The translations under genes and the position numbers were made by a program. Shown piece by piece: positions 14,236 to 22,453 of a stretch of DNA of 29,516 nt (the first letter of the stretch is position 1; each line of letters starts with the position of its first letter). The notes beneath the pieces are model-generated. The model did not search any database. It was not told where the DNA came from and was given only the letters and a program-made list of their open reading frames with translations. Source of the DNA: a virus (taxonomy: Duplodnaviria > Caudoviricetes); the IMG/VR virus record IMGVR_UViG_3300047308_000065, positions 1 through 29,516 of that record; one strand, given 5' to 3'.

Positions 14236-15066
14236 TTAAAAGAAGGGGTAAACCAAGGTGTCGTAGGGGGCAAAAGTCCAAGCGATCACCTGTTCGACCT
14301 GGTTGGTCTTGGTGATAAGGCTGGTCGAGTAGTTTGTCTGCTTCCATCCCCAGGCCGTCCCTACCGGCGCCAAGGCCTGGCCGGTGGTTTGGTCGATGGG
14401 TGTCGGAGGAAGCATTGAGACCACCGAAAACGGAAGATTCCAGGCTGTGGTAAACGATTCCCTGGTGTAGACCGGAGGGATGCCGTTGGGAACCTGAGGA
14501 AGCCCGAGGTTGCCGCTGAAGGTTGCGATCCTGGTCAGACTGACCCGGGCCGTCGGGAAGGTGTCTTGGCCGCGGTAGAGCATCTGCCAGACCTTCTGGG
14601 CCAGTGGCAGGGTCGAGATGTTGCTCTCCTGAATGCCTGGCAGCCTCTCACCATTCTTGATGGCTGTCTCGATGATAAATCGGTAGAGGGCAGGGTTGCC
14701 TGTCGAGTTGGCCTCTTTGTCTACAGCAGGCAAAGCGAACACCGACACATCAAGGTAATCGGTACGAAACTCGTATCGGATGTCGGCGATCTCACCCACC
14801 TGTGGTATGCTCTGATCTTGAATCGGAAGGCCTGGGTCGAATGAGGTGCCGCCGATGGTAACGGTGGCCTCGGAATACGGGCCGTCTTCTCTGATGCTGT
14901 ACTTGGCGCCCAGGGCCACCCATTGAGCCGAGGCGATCCGCAGGGTGTTCTTGTCACCTCGGAATACCAGTTGAACCACCCGGCCGCTGCCGTTGTTGTC
15001 GTAGGCGCGGCTGACCTCGATGTATTCTCCGGCCGTCGGGTTAGGGATTCCTTGGATCGTTGCCAT
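14236..15066 (-). CDS. Tail protein following the tape measure (distal-tail position)
   Basis: Immediately downstream of the tape measure; 276 aa, beta-rich. Function is positional. Confidence 0.55.
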   Translation of the reverse strand: MATIQGIPNPTAGEYIEVSRAYDNNGSGRVVQLVFRGDKNTLRIASAQWVALGAKYSIREDGPYSEATVTIGGTSFDPGLPIQDQSIPQVGEIADIRYEFRTDYLDVSVFALPAVDKEANSTGNPALYRFIIETAIKNGERLPGIQESNISTLPLAQKVWQMLYRGQDTFPTARVSLTRIATFSGNLGLPQVPNGIPPVYTRESFTTAWNLPFSVVSMLPPTPIDQTTGQALAPVGTAWGWKQTNYSTSLITKTNQVEQVIAWTFAPYDTLVYPFF

Positions 15067-15067
15067 G

Positions 15068-16051
15068 TTATTCGACAGCCTGAGCTGTTCTGCCGGTATT
15101 TACTCGCACCGCCCTGGTCTCGTTGGTCTGGATCTTGATCTGGCCCACAAGGCTGTTCACCCAGCCCGGGGCGGCCGGCTCGGTAAACATTGAAACCTCC
15201 CGTTTAACTTTTGAATCAACAGCGCCTAGTCTTCCTTGATTTACTAATGGAAGGGCTTCGAACTTTTTGTCACCGACTGCGTTCATGTACAGCGCTGGAA
15301 TTGCTGCTGCCTGAATGTCTCTCAGAAAATCTGGCAAACCACCTCCTCGTTCCATTACGTTTAACAATGACGTCAGGTTTTCGGTGTATGCTTCAAGAAA
15401 CGACACTTCAGGGGCTGCTGCAACAATTGACTGCCGTTTGAGTTCATCAAGTCGATCTGCGAGTTTTCCGATGTTATCAATCTCCTCTTTGCTGATCAGC
15501 TTAATCTCTCCTTGTTCCGACAGCTTTGAAATGGCTCCCGCTGCCTTAAATGCCTTTTCACCAAGGATCCCAATAAGGGCTGCCTGAGTCTTAGCGCTTT
15601 TACCTGCATTGTCATGTGCCTCACCCATTCTTCTTAGGATCTCAACATTTGAAATGCTGTTCTTGTTAAGTTCAGCGACATCTAAGCCGAGTGCTTTGAA
15701 AAATTCCCGGGCCTTTCCTCCTTCTTCGACTGCCTTAAGGCGCTCCTGGCCGACGGCCGTGATCGACTTGGCCATAGCCTCGAATGAGACGCCTGTCTGG
15801 CCTGCCAGCACCTGGAGGCGCTGCACGTCGTCGGTGCTGATGTTGAGCTGCTCCGACAGGTCTCCGATGGCGTCGGCTGTCTCAATCACCTTCGAGGCAA
15901 AGGCCCCGATGGCGGCCACCGATAGGGCGCCACCGAGTTGAGCCCCGACACTCGACCGGAATTTGTCGGTCAGGCTGGTGGCTCGTTTGAGGCCGCCCTC
16001 GAATGAACTGCCGTCCAGGCCCAGCTTTGCAATAAGTGAGAAGATGGCCAT
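15068..16051 (-). CDS. Tape measure protein, unusually short (327 aa)
   Basis: LIAKLGLDGSSFEGG and ADAIGDLSEQLNISTDDVQRLQ resemble lambda-like TMP N-terminal patterns; Ala/helix-rich. Start re-called to ATG 16051. Confidence 0.8.
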   Translation of the reverse strand: MAIFSLIAKLGLDGSSFEGGLKRATSLTDKFRSSVGAQLGGALSVAAIGAFASKVIETADAIGDLSEQLNISTDDVQRLQVLAGQTGVSFEAMAKSITAVGQERLKAVEEGGKAREFFKALGLDVAELNKNSISNVEILRRMGEAHDNAGKSAKTQAALIGILGEKAFKAAGAISKLSEQGEIKLISKEEIDNIGKLADRLDELKRQSIVAAAPEVSFLEAYTENLTSLLNVMERGGGLPDFLRDIQAAAIPALYMNAVGDKKFEALPLVNQGRLGAVDSKVKREVSMFTEPAAPGWVNSLVGQIKIQTNETRAVRVNTGRTAQAVE

Positions 16052-16052
16052 T

Positions 16053-16619
16053 TCAGTTCCTGATTGTGCTTTGTTCCTGAGCGTAGCGCCAGAGGGCATC
16101 CTGCTCATTGCTCCAGAGCTCGACCTGGCCGTTCATCTCGGCGTGGGTGAGGAATAGCCTTTCCGCATCAATCACCGGCATATTGATCACCGTTGTCTCG
16201 TCGAAGCCGATGCTGACCAGGCCGACCAGGATCCGTTCCGGCCAAGGCATGGTTGCCGAACGCTGCCCAGATCCAGGAGACCGTAACACCTCGGGGCAGT
16301 CTGATTGATCTTCAATCCATTTCTGCACGGCTTTGGATTCCTTCAGAAGATCGGCCTGCTTCACCTTCTGGCGCATGATCCGCAAGGGCAACCACCGCAG
16401 CCAGGAGCGCATGGTCTTGACCGACTCATAAATAGGCTGGCTGCAGACAACAGCCACCTCGACAAGATCCTGGGCCGACGCGTTGCCACCATATACGAAT
16501 GGTGAACCCATCCGATGCAGCAGCAGGGCATGGCCGACAGTAAACGGCACCAGCCGGAGCCCCATCACAATGGGACAAGGCTTCGATGTAGCGTTCAGGA
16601 TGTCGGCCAGGGCGGTCAC
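16053..16619 (-). CDS. Tail assembly chaperone-like protein, 188 aa
   Basis: Lies between tail tube and tape measure. GTG 16619 overlaps the tube stop codon. Confidence 0.6.
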   Translation of the reverse strand: MTALADILNATSKPCPIVMGLRLVPFTVGHALLLHRMGSPFVYGGNASAQDLVEVAVVCSQPIYESVKTMRSWLRWLPLRIMRQKVKQADLLKESKAVQKWIEDQSDCPEVLRSPGSGQRSATMPWPERILVGLVSIGFDETTVINMPVIDAERLFLTHAEMNGQVELWSNEQDALWRYAQEQSTIRN

Positions 16620-17107
16620 AGGTTGGTGGCCGCGGCAGCGCTGATGGCCGGGAAGCGCTTCAAAGTGATCGTCCCGGTAGCTTTGCCGGTCTGGGTGGTC
16701 TTGATCGAACCTCCGCCAGCATAGATCCATCGGCCACCGCTGCCGGTGTTGATGGCGTCGGCGTAACCTGCGACATTGATCACTGGAGCGTTGGTGATCG
16801 CCACGGTGCCATTACCTTGGGGCAAAGAGCAGCCATAGAGGCGCTCGTTCAGGGCGGTGGCCGAGGTGGCGCTGGTTCCAACAGGAACGAAATTGACGGT
16901 CAGGGTCAGCCGGTTGTTGTAGGTGATGTGGCCGACCACCTCACCGTTGCCATTGCGGACCTCTTCGGTGTCGCACTCCCCGGTGATGTCGTAGCTTTCG
17001 ATCTCGGGCGAGATGTAGCCGGTGACAATGAGGGCGCCGGCGGCGTCGTACATTGCCAAGGTCGCCGGTGATCCAAAGAGATATTTATTTCCGTGTACGT
17101 TAGCCAT
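16616..17107 (-). CDS. Major tail tube protein
   Basis: Thr/Gly/Ala-rich beta protein (EEVRNGNGEV, LTLTVNFVP, ATGTITLKRF) in the canonical position. Confidence 0.68.
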   Translation of the reverse strand: MANVHGNKYLFGSPATLAMYDAAGALIVTGYISPEIESYDITGECDTEEVRNGNGEVVGHITYNNRLTLTVNFVPVGTSATSATALNERLYGCSLPQGNGTVAITNAPVINVAGYADAINTGSGGRWIYAGGGSIKTTQTGKATGTITLKRFPAISAAAATNL

Positions 17108-17119
17108 AGGTGTCTGAGG

Positions 17120-17602
17120 TTAGATGGTTGCGCTGCAGTAAAGGATGAAGGTCCTGGTGAACGTCCTGGACCGATTAGAGATTGAGGCAGCCCCAAAGTC
17201 CAGAGGGGCGGCAAACTGGGCCGTAAACGGACCGCTGGCGTCGTTTGATGGTGCATCCAGGGAAGAGGCCCCGGACTCGTCAAAGAGCGGCAGGATGCGA
17301 TTGTCGAGCACCTGGACGGTGGTCAGGACATCGGCCTCGTCGGTGTCGTCTGCCGAGAGTTGCAACTCGATGGCGATCTCCAGCTCGCAGGTCAAGTCGG
17401 TGCGTTGGACAGGCCTGGCCGAGTTGGTCGAGACAACCAGGCGCGGGAAGTTGGGCATCACATCCTGCTCGTCCGGGTCGTCGTACAGGCCGCGGCTGTA
17501 GGATGTCAGGCAGGTGGGTGTGCCGGCGCCGGAGGCCGACCAGTCGGCGGCTGCCAAGTAGTCGGCAACTGCCTTCTCTGCTCTTAGGGTGACGGCGTTC
17601 AT
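17120..17602 (-). CDS. Tail terminator/completion-like protein
   Basis: Acidic 160-aa protein just upstream of the tube gene, with FPRLVVS motif. Confidence 0.58.
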   Translation of the reverse strand: MNAVTLRAEKAVADYLAAADWSASGAGTPTCLTSYSRGLYDDPDEQDVMPNFPRLVVSTNSARPVQRTDLTCELEIAIELQLSADDTDEADVLTTVQVLDNRILPLFDESGASSLDAPSNDASGPFTAQFAAPLDFGAASISNRSRTFTRTFILYCSATI

Positions 17603-18396
17603 TTGATGGCGATCCCGTTATCTTCGAGCACCTTGCCGTTTTGCAGCATGGCCTCGGTCATGTGGTTGGTCAGCTCGGCCAGCTCGTCGTCCATGGCCTT
17701 CTGCATGGCCTGGTTGTAGATCATGGCCACCCGGTTGTACTGGTTGTCAGCCACGCCGGCAGTCATCACCACCGAGGCTGTCGGGTTGAAGCCTGGTACA
17801 GCCTGGATGCCTCGGGCCTTGGTGCCCTTGTGCACGGCTACATTCTCCTCGGGCAGACCGTATTGATTGGCCAATGAGACCAGGGCAGCGTTGGTCTTCT
17901 TGGGCGCCTTGTAGCCTGCAGGCTTCGATAGAGGCTTCCATTTCGGGCTCTGGAACTGAGTAAAGCCCTTGTTGTAGATCCGGATGATCTTCACCACACC
18001 GGAGCGTAGGTAGCCGACTGAGCCGATAGCTTTCCGCATCAGGGCCGAGGCTGCTGCCTTCATCTCCTCGCCGTAGAGGCCGCGGCGGCCGGCTTTGGCT
18101 TCCTTCGACTGGACGATCAGATGCACCCGGCGAAGCAGTCGGGACTTGCCGATGCGTTTGCCGGTCTTCTTGGACTTCCGATTGATGTTCCCCAGTGGGG
18201 TGCCGAGGTAGTCGGCGATGCGGCGCCGTTCTTGGCCTGGGCTCTTGGGTGGCACCAGGACGAACAGCCTCACCATGAGGTAAAAGAACCGGCTGTTGAC
18301 TGCCTTGTGAAGGTCTCGACTCGTCTGGGTCAGATACTGCTTCATGGCAGCATCGAACCGACTGGAGTCGACCGTCATGTTAACGACAGGCCTCAC
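17599..18396 (-). CDS. Basic neck/tail-completion protein (HK97 gp10 position), 265 aa
   Basis: Lys/Arg-rich, GYLRSG motif. Start re-called to GTG 18396 (ATG 18378 is an alternative). Confidence 0.58.
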   Translation of the reverse strand: MRPVVNMTVDSSRFDAAMKQYLTQTSRDLHKAVNSRFFYLMVRLFVLVPPKSPGQERRRIADYLGTPLGNINRKSKKTGKRIGKSRLLRRVHLIVQSKEAKAGRRGLYGEEMKAAASALMRKAIGSVGYLRSGVVKIIRIYNKGFTQFQSPKWKPLSKPAGYKAPKKTNAALVSLANQYGLPEENVAVHKGTKARGIQAVPGFNPTASVVMTAGVADNQYNRVAMIYNQAMQKAMDDELAELTNHMTEAMLQNGKVLEDNGIAIK

Positions 18397-18848
18397 CGGG
18401 TCTTGGCTCCTAGTTCGAGGCTGTAGTAGGCGCCGGAGGCATCGACCCGACACGACAGGATCCGTAGGGTGCGTCCCTGGTAGATTAGCGTGCGGCCGAC
18501 CACTGGGCGGGGCTTGCAGAAGGTCAAGGCGATGCGGTCGGTGTTCTCCTGGAGCAGATAGTAGCCGTCCTCCTTGAGCAGCCTGGAGAACTCGGTGCCC
18601 TGGTCGAGGGTGTAAAGCGTGGTGTCCATCGTGACCAGGGTGCTGTCCCAGGTCTTCCAGTCGCTGAATTTGACCAGGATCCTCGAGGCCACGTTGTCCT
18701 GAAACCCACCGGGCACCGGCGTGTTGGCATCGGTGACCATGGCCGGGATGCACCGGATCGACGAGCCCTCCCAGATGAACATCGGAGCGCCCAGCATCTG
18801 CTGGAGCACCGTCATGCCCTGCTGGAGACTGGAGCCGATGATGGTCAT
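18393..18848 (-). CDS. Head-closure (FII-like) protein carrying inserted peptide motifs
   Basis: C-terminal PVVGRTLIYQGRTLRILSCRVD...YSLEL resembles head-closure barrels. Central TWDSTLVTMDTTLYTLD and LLKEDGYYLLQEN segments look inserted. Confidence 0.6.
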   Translation of the reverse strand: MTIIGSSLQQGMTVLQQMLGAPMFIWEGSSIRCIPAMVTDANTPVPGGFQDNVASRILVKFSDWKTWDSTLVTMDTTLYTLDQGTEFSRLLKEDGYYLLQENTDRIALTFCKPRPVVGRTLIYQGRTLRILSCRVDASGAYYSLELGAKTR

Positions 18849-19352
18849 TTAGGCGGTGAAGTAGGTGCCGGAGATCAGGATCCGGCTCGTAGCCTGAATC
18901 TGGCTGGCCATACTGGTGACGTCTCCGGTCTCGTAGTGGTACAGGGCGGCGTAGGACGTGCCACCGACAGCTTTACCGATCACCGCGGTCTTGGCCTGAG
19001 TGGTGGCGTTGTCGAGCCAGATGGCCAGGGCGGCGTCGTAGGTGACTGGATCCGGCAGGCTCAGTCGAAGATCGCCGGTGGCAGCGCCAGTCACCGAGTT
19101 GACGGTGATATCGGCCGTGAATGTGGTAACGAATCCGATGGACGTGTGGCGCGCGGTGTTGACCGTGTAGCCGTAGGTGCGGCCACCGCCGGAATCGGTA
19201 AGCGTAGGCACCCAGGTGGCCGGGGCTGTGTCGATGGGCAGGTTACCGTACAGCTCGTCGAAGTTGTCGTTTATCTTCTGCCCGGCACCGCGGAGGGTGT
19301 CCCCGGTGTTGTCGTTGGCGATTGCTCCGATGTTGATGATTTGCTGGGCCAT
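18849..19352 (-). CDS. Short spike/fibre with T4 gp9/gp10-like N-terminal motif
   Basis: MAQQIINIGAIANDNTGDTLRGAGQKINDNFDELY closely resembles the T4 gp10 N-terminus. A beta-sandwich-like knob ends ISGTYFTA. Confidence 0.75.
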   Translation of the reverse strand: MAQQIINIGAIANDNTGDTLRGAGQKINDNFDELYGNLPIDTAPATWVPTLTDSGGGRTYGYTVNTARHTSIGFVTTFTADITVNSVTGAATGDLRLSLPDPVTYDAALAIWLDNATTQAKTAVIGKAVGGTSYAALYHYETGDVTSMASQIQATSRILISGTYFTA

Positions 19353-19353
19353 A

Positions 19354-19575
19354 TCAGTTCTTCGGTAGTGCGTACCAACCAGCCGGCAGTGTCACCGTGG
19401 ACGGCCCCACCAGCTTCTTGTTTGAATCGAATCCGTACACGCGAGCCTTAACAGGTGCGGCTAGCATCACCGGATCACCGGAAGGGACCAGGACCACCTT
19501 GGTCATCTGGCAACCGAGGCAGTCCAGCAATGCGATCAGCCAGATCGTTCTTGAGAGCCTCGGGTGCTTTTCCAT
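19354..19575 (-). CDS. Putative lipoprotein, o-spanin (Rz1)-like
   Basis: Basic N-terminus, hydrophobic stretch, CLGC lipobox-like site and Pro-rich mature part. Overlaps the upstream ORF in another frame. Confidence 0.5.
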   Translation of the reverse strand: MEKHPRLSRTIWLIALLDCLGCQMTKVVLVPSGDPVMLAAPVKARVYGFDSNKKLVGPSTVTLPAGWYALPKN

Positions 19576-19648
19576 GTTGGATGTCGGTGGGTGGGGTCTC
19601 GCGGAGCCAATCGAGCAGGGCCTTCAGGATCTGGTAGATCCAGTTCAC
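19475..19648 (-). CDS. Small protein, i-spanin (Rz)-like position, 57 aa (not in ORF track)
   Basis: MNWIYQILKALLDWLRETPPTDIQHGKAPEALKNDLADRIAGLPRLPDDQGGPGPFR. GTGA overlap with the holin-like gene. Confidence 0.5.
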   Translation of the reverse strand: MNWIYQILKALLDWLRETPPTDIQHGKAPEALKNDLADRIAGLPRLPDDQGGPGPFR

Positions 19649-19827
19649 TCAGCCTTCTTCTCGGCGTCCTTGGCCCAGATCAAACCGATGCCAGCGGTGA
19701 TGGCTGCGATGGTCGTGGTGATGTCCAGATGGGTGGTCGGGTCACCGTCGAAGAGGGCCTTCATAGCCCCACCGATGGCGACGAGGATGGCACCGATGCC
19801 GGCGAGAGTGGTCTTGGTGTTTTTCAT
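19645..19827 (-). CDS. Holin-like membrane protein, 60 aa
   Basis: MKNTKTTLAGIGAILVAIGG...IAAITAGIGLIWAKDAEKKAE: two transmembrane segments and a charged tail. Confidence 0.68.
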   Translation of the reverse strand: MKNTKTTLAGIGAILVAIGGAMKALFDGDPTTHLDITTTIAAITAGIGLIWAKDAEKKAE

Positions 19828-20003
19828 TTGGAGCGGAATAAGCGATACGCACCGTAGATGGCGCACAGCAAGCCAATCACGGCGGTGATAAGTCGAACGA
19901 TGTCGGTGAGCCAGGGGATGAACGAAACAGCGGTGGCCGCTGCTGCTCCTCCCATGGAGACAATCATCTGATTTGTGTCACCGCCGTGATTGGATGCGTC
20001 CAT
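19824..20003 (-). CDS. Holin-like membrane protein, 59 aa (not in ORF track)
   Basis: MDASNHGGDTNQMIVSMGGAAAATAVSFIPWLTDIVRLITAVIGLLCAIYGAYRLFRSK: hydrophobic segments and a basic C-terminus. Confidence 0.62.
   Translation of the reverse strand: MDASNHGGDTNQMIVSMGGAAAATAVSFIPWLTDIVRLITAVIGLLCAIYGAYRLFRSK
19873..19993. repeat. Perfect 16-bp inverted repeat (19873-19888 / 19978-19993)
   Basis: CCAATCACGGCGGTGA ... TCACCGCCGTGATTGG, with an 89-nt spacer. Confidence 0.9.
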
Positions 20004-20159
20004 TTACGTTGGATTTGATTGGTTTTTCGCAGCTTCTTCTAGGATATCCACCAAGGGGAGACCGACGCGCATATTGTTCACGTCGCCGGCCTTCATACCA
20101 ATCACCAAGAGCTGGTGGAGCAGTTGGAGTTGTTGGAGTGTGAGTTCGATCTTGATCAT
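20004..20159 (-). CDS. Small helical protein, 51 aa (not in ORF track)
   Basis: MIKIELTLQQLQLLHQLLVIGMKAGDVNNMRVGLPLVDILEEAAKNQSNPT. ATGA overlap upstream; abuts the next ATG. Confidence 0.65.
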   Translation of the reverse strand: MIKIELTLQQLQLLHQLLVIGMKAGDVNNMRVGLPLVDILEEAAKNQSNPT

Positions 20160-20557
20160 GCGACCGGAGAATCGACAACGGTGGCCGGCTCCGCAACCAA
20201 AACCGGCTCCTTCTGCTCAACGAGCGGCGGGATGATTTCCACCTTCGGCACCCACGGCAGCGGCAGACTCACCACGGGCGGGTTGATCTGGTTCTGGATC
20301 TGGAGCGAGACGTTTGCCTCAATCGCGCTCTTGTCCACGCCGTTGGCGAAGCACCAGTCGAGAACCTGTTCCTGCGTGAGGTCTTTGTAAGGAGTGAAGC
20401 TGCCAGTCGGCGGAGCGAAGCTGCACGAGCCGTAGCAGGTGCCGCTGAACGATTCCTGCGAGCCATTACACCTCCAGTCGGCGGTGATTACGACATCGGT
20501 GTTGGAGCCTTCGGTGGGCTTTACGAGAAGGCGTTCGATGAGCCAGAGGATGGTCAT
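20156..20557 (-). CDS. Fibre-associated protein (possible chaperone or tip)
   Basis: DVVITADWRC...FTPYKDLTQEQVLDWC...QINPPVVSLPLPW, a pattern I recognise downstream of S74 fibres in aquatic phages. Confidence 0.65.
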   Translation of the reverse strand: MTILWLIERLLVKPTEGSNTDVVITADWRCNGSQESFSGTCYGSCSFAPPTGSFTPYKDLTQEQVLDWCFANGVDKSAIEANVSLQIQNQINPPVVSLPLPWVPKVEIIPPLVEQKEPVLVAEPATVVDSPVA

Positions 20558-20568
20558 ATTCGTATTGG

Positions 20569-21897
20569 TTAGGCGAGTTTGGCTTCCAGAGCTTGAACCT
20601 TAGCAGCGAGTTCTTTGATAGCGGAAACAAGTCGAGCTTCGGTCTTGCTCCATCCGGTAACGGTCAGGAATCCATCCTGTTCTGACACAGCATCAGAGTA
20701 AACCTCTTGAACCTCTTGCGCCACGAATCCGATCTGATGACCAGAACCATCTTTGTAATCAAACTCGACGGGACGCAACGACAGGATATTAACAAGCTGA
20801 GAAGGAAGGCTTACAATGTTTTCCTTCAACCTAGAATCTGAGAACGTTCCGAAAGCAGCTTGGCTTGCTCCATTGGCGTTGATTTGACCGCTTCCTGCAC
20901 CATCGTTGTTGATTGTGAATCCAATGAAACGCTGTGCCGTGGTGCTATCATTTGCGAACTTTCCAATGTAAACTCCGTATGTAGAGGAATCTCCTGAAGC
21001 AGTGCTAAAAGCATTGATGATTCGCTGAGATGCCGAAGTTCTGATATCGAGACGAGCGGTTCCGCCACTCGTCGTCCCCACCAGCAAATTCCCCGACGCA
21101 TCCAGCGTCATGGCTTGCGTGAAGGTGGCGGTATTACCAGCGGTTCCGGCAGAAGCCGTGTAATGCCAAGAATGGCTTCCACCGAACTGTTCGTATCTAG
21201 TCGCTTTATCGCTGGAAGCACTTCGGAACTTGTAGCCTCCGTCGTAATAGACGTTTGATCCAAAACCAGTGTCGTTTCCAGTTGTTGAAAATATCGACGC
21301 TCCCTGAACTTGAAGAGCTTTGTAAACAGTCCAAGTATTCGGCGTAACTCCGATGCCGCAATTTCCCGCAGCGTCCAACCGCATTAATGCAGCTCCTGAA
21401 GCACCAGAAAAAACAAGATCAGGAGTCGCGGAGTCAGTGGCTCCAAGGAAAAACACTTGATCCGCAGCAGTGCGCGTTGTGTTAAAGCCAATTCCAATGC
21501 CGTACACAGCACCACCACCAGCAAAGTATGCGCGAGGTCCAGCGCAAACAAACTTTTGCGTCGGACTGGCCCCCACCCCAAGTCCGGTGGAGTTGAGGGT
21601 CATCCCGAGGGTACTTGCCGCAGAGAACGACAGGTTATTCGCAGACCCGAGATACACACCATTCGCCGGAATGGTTGCGCCGGTGACATTCAAACCAGCC
21701 GCACCGAGTGCGCCGGTGATGGTGGCGGAAGCGAGCGTGGCGGTGCCGGATGCAGCCAGCAGGTTGTTGATCGAGATCCGCTTGGTCGTACCGCTCGCAG
21801 CCATTGACGGATCGGAAACGTCAACGATTGGGAACATGTCGTTTGCGGGATCGGCAGCAGTCAGTGCCGTTAGTGCTGTAATCTTAGAGTCTGGCAT
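20569..21897 (-). CDS. Trimeric fibre with C-terminal Peptidase_S74 intramolecular chaperone
   Basis: SDSRLKENI...LRPVEFDY...GFVAQEVQEV followed by a coiled coil; GLGVG/GNCGIG/GNLLVG beta repeats; N-terminal DSKITALTAL motif. Confidence 0.88.
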   Translation of the reverse strand: MPDSKITALTALTAADPANDMFPIVDVSDPSMAASGTTKRISINNLLAASGTATLASATITGALGAAGLNVTGATIPANGVYLGSANNLSFSAASTLGMTLNSTGLGVGASPTQKFVCAGPRAYFAGGGAVYGIGIGFNTTRTAADQVFFLGATDSATPDLVFSGASGAALMRLDAAGNCGIGVTPNTWTVYKALQVQGASIFSTTGNDTGFGSNVYYDGGYKFRSASSDKATRYEQFGGSHSWHYTASAGTAGNTATFTQAMTLDASGNLLVGTTSGGTARLDIRTSASQRIINAFSTASGDSSTYGVYIGKFANDSTTAQRFIGFTINNDGAGSGQINANGASQAAFGTFSDSRLKENIVSLPSQLVNILSLRPVEFDYKDGSGHQIGFVAQEVQEVYSDAVSEQDGFLTVTGWSKTEARLVSAIKELAAKVQALEAKLA

Positions 21898-21900
21898 GGG

Positions 21901-22131
21901 TCAGTTGGATTGAATTTGGAGTTTGAAAGTGTCTTCCTGCTGGAGAAAACCAGCGTCCTCTCGCAAGAGAGAATCAAAAGTGCCAAAGGTAATGACGAGT
22001 TTGCTGCTGCCGTCTTCTTGCAGCACAAAACCCTCGTCCTCACGGAGAACGTCTCGACGCAGCACGGGTGCATCGGTGCCACCGGCTTGACCGGTGAACA
22101 ACCGATTGAGCGCTATGCCGAGTGATATCAT
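21901..22131 (-). CDS. Small virion adaptor-like protein with two L-x-E-D motifs, 76 aa
   Basis: MISLGIALNR...VLREDEGFVLQEDGS...LLREDAGFLQQED. Start re-called to ATG 22131 (TAATG overlap). Confidence 0.65.
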   Translation of the reverse strand: MISLGIALNRLFTGQAGGTDAPVLRRDVLREDEGFVLQEDGSSKLVITFGTFDSLLREDAGFLQQEDTFKLQIQSN

Positions 22132-22391
22132 TAGGCGCGAGCGTTGAACGCCACCACAGAGCCGCTGGAGATTTGAAAGCCGGTGATGTTGCCCACTAGC
22201 GGGAAGCCAGCGGGAATAGTCTTGGAACTCCAAGTGCCGGAGATACCGAGGCCGGTGATGGAAGTGAAAACGGTGGGTTCAGTGGGAATCAAACCAGACC
22301 ACGCACCGGTTTGTGCGGCAGTGCTGGTGACGAGCGCGAATCCTTCGCGTCCCATGCTGTACTCGGTTGCGATGTCTGCTTGAACGGCCAT
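22131..22391 (-). CDS. Small beta-rich head accessory/decoration-like protein
   Basis: 86 aa, TIPAGFPLVGNITGFQISSGSVVAF, directly downstream of the capsid genes. Confidence 0.6.
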   Translation of the reverse strand: MAVQADIATEYSMGREGFALVTSTAAQTGAWSGLIPTEPTVFTSITGLGISGTWSSKTIPAGFPLVGNITGFQISSGSVVAFNARA

Positions 22392-22408
22392 TTTGTTTTT
22401 CGGTTAGA

Positions 22409-22442
22409 GGGGAGGCCACCGGAACTTTCCAGCAGCCTCCCC
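22409..22442 (-). terminator. Strong hairpin after the capsid operon (terminator-like or mRNA-stabilising)
   Basis: GGGGAGGC-TGCTGGA-AAGT-TCCGGTG-GCCTCCCC. No clear U-tract on the minus strand. Confidence 0.55.
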
Positions 22443-22453
22443 AATTTTAACGG

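Noticed and set aside
16053-16619. Programmed -1 frameshift typical of tail assembly chaperones
   Set aside because: A single ORF spans tube to tape measure, and I saw no convincing XXXYYYZ slippery site with a second frame.
17599-18753. 384-aa version of the neck protein, and other long N-terminal extensions in the ORF track (e.g. 4530..5042, 28622..29422, 8774..9178, 21901..22233)
   Set aside because: The extensions overlap better-supported upstream genes or leaders. Starts at stop/start overlaps or after C/A-rich leaders explain the layout better.
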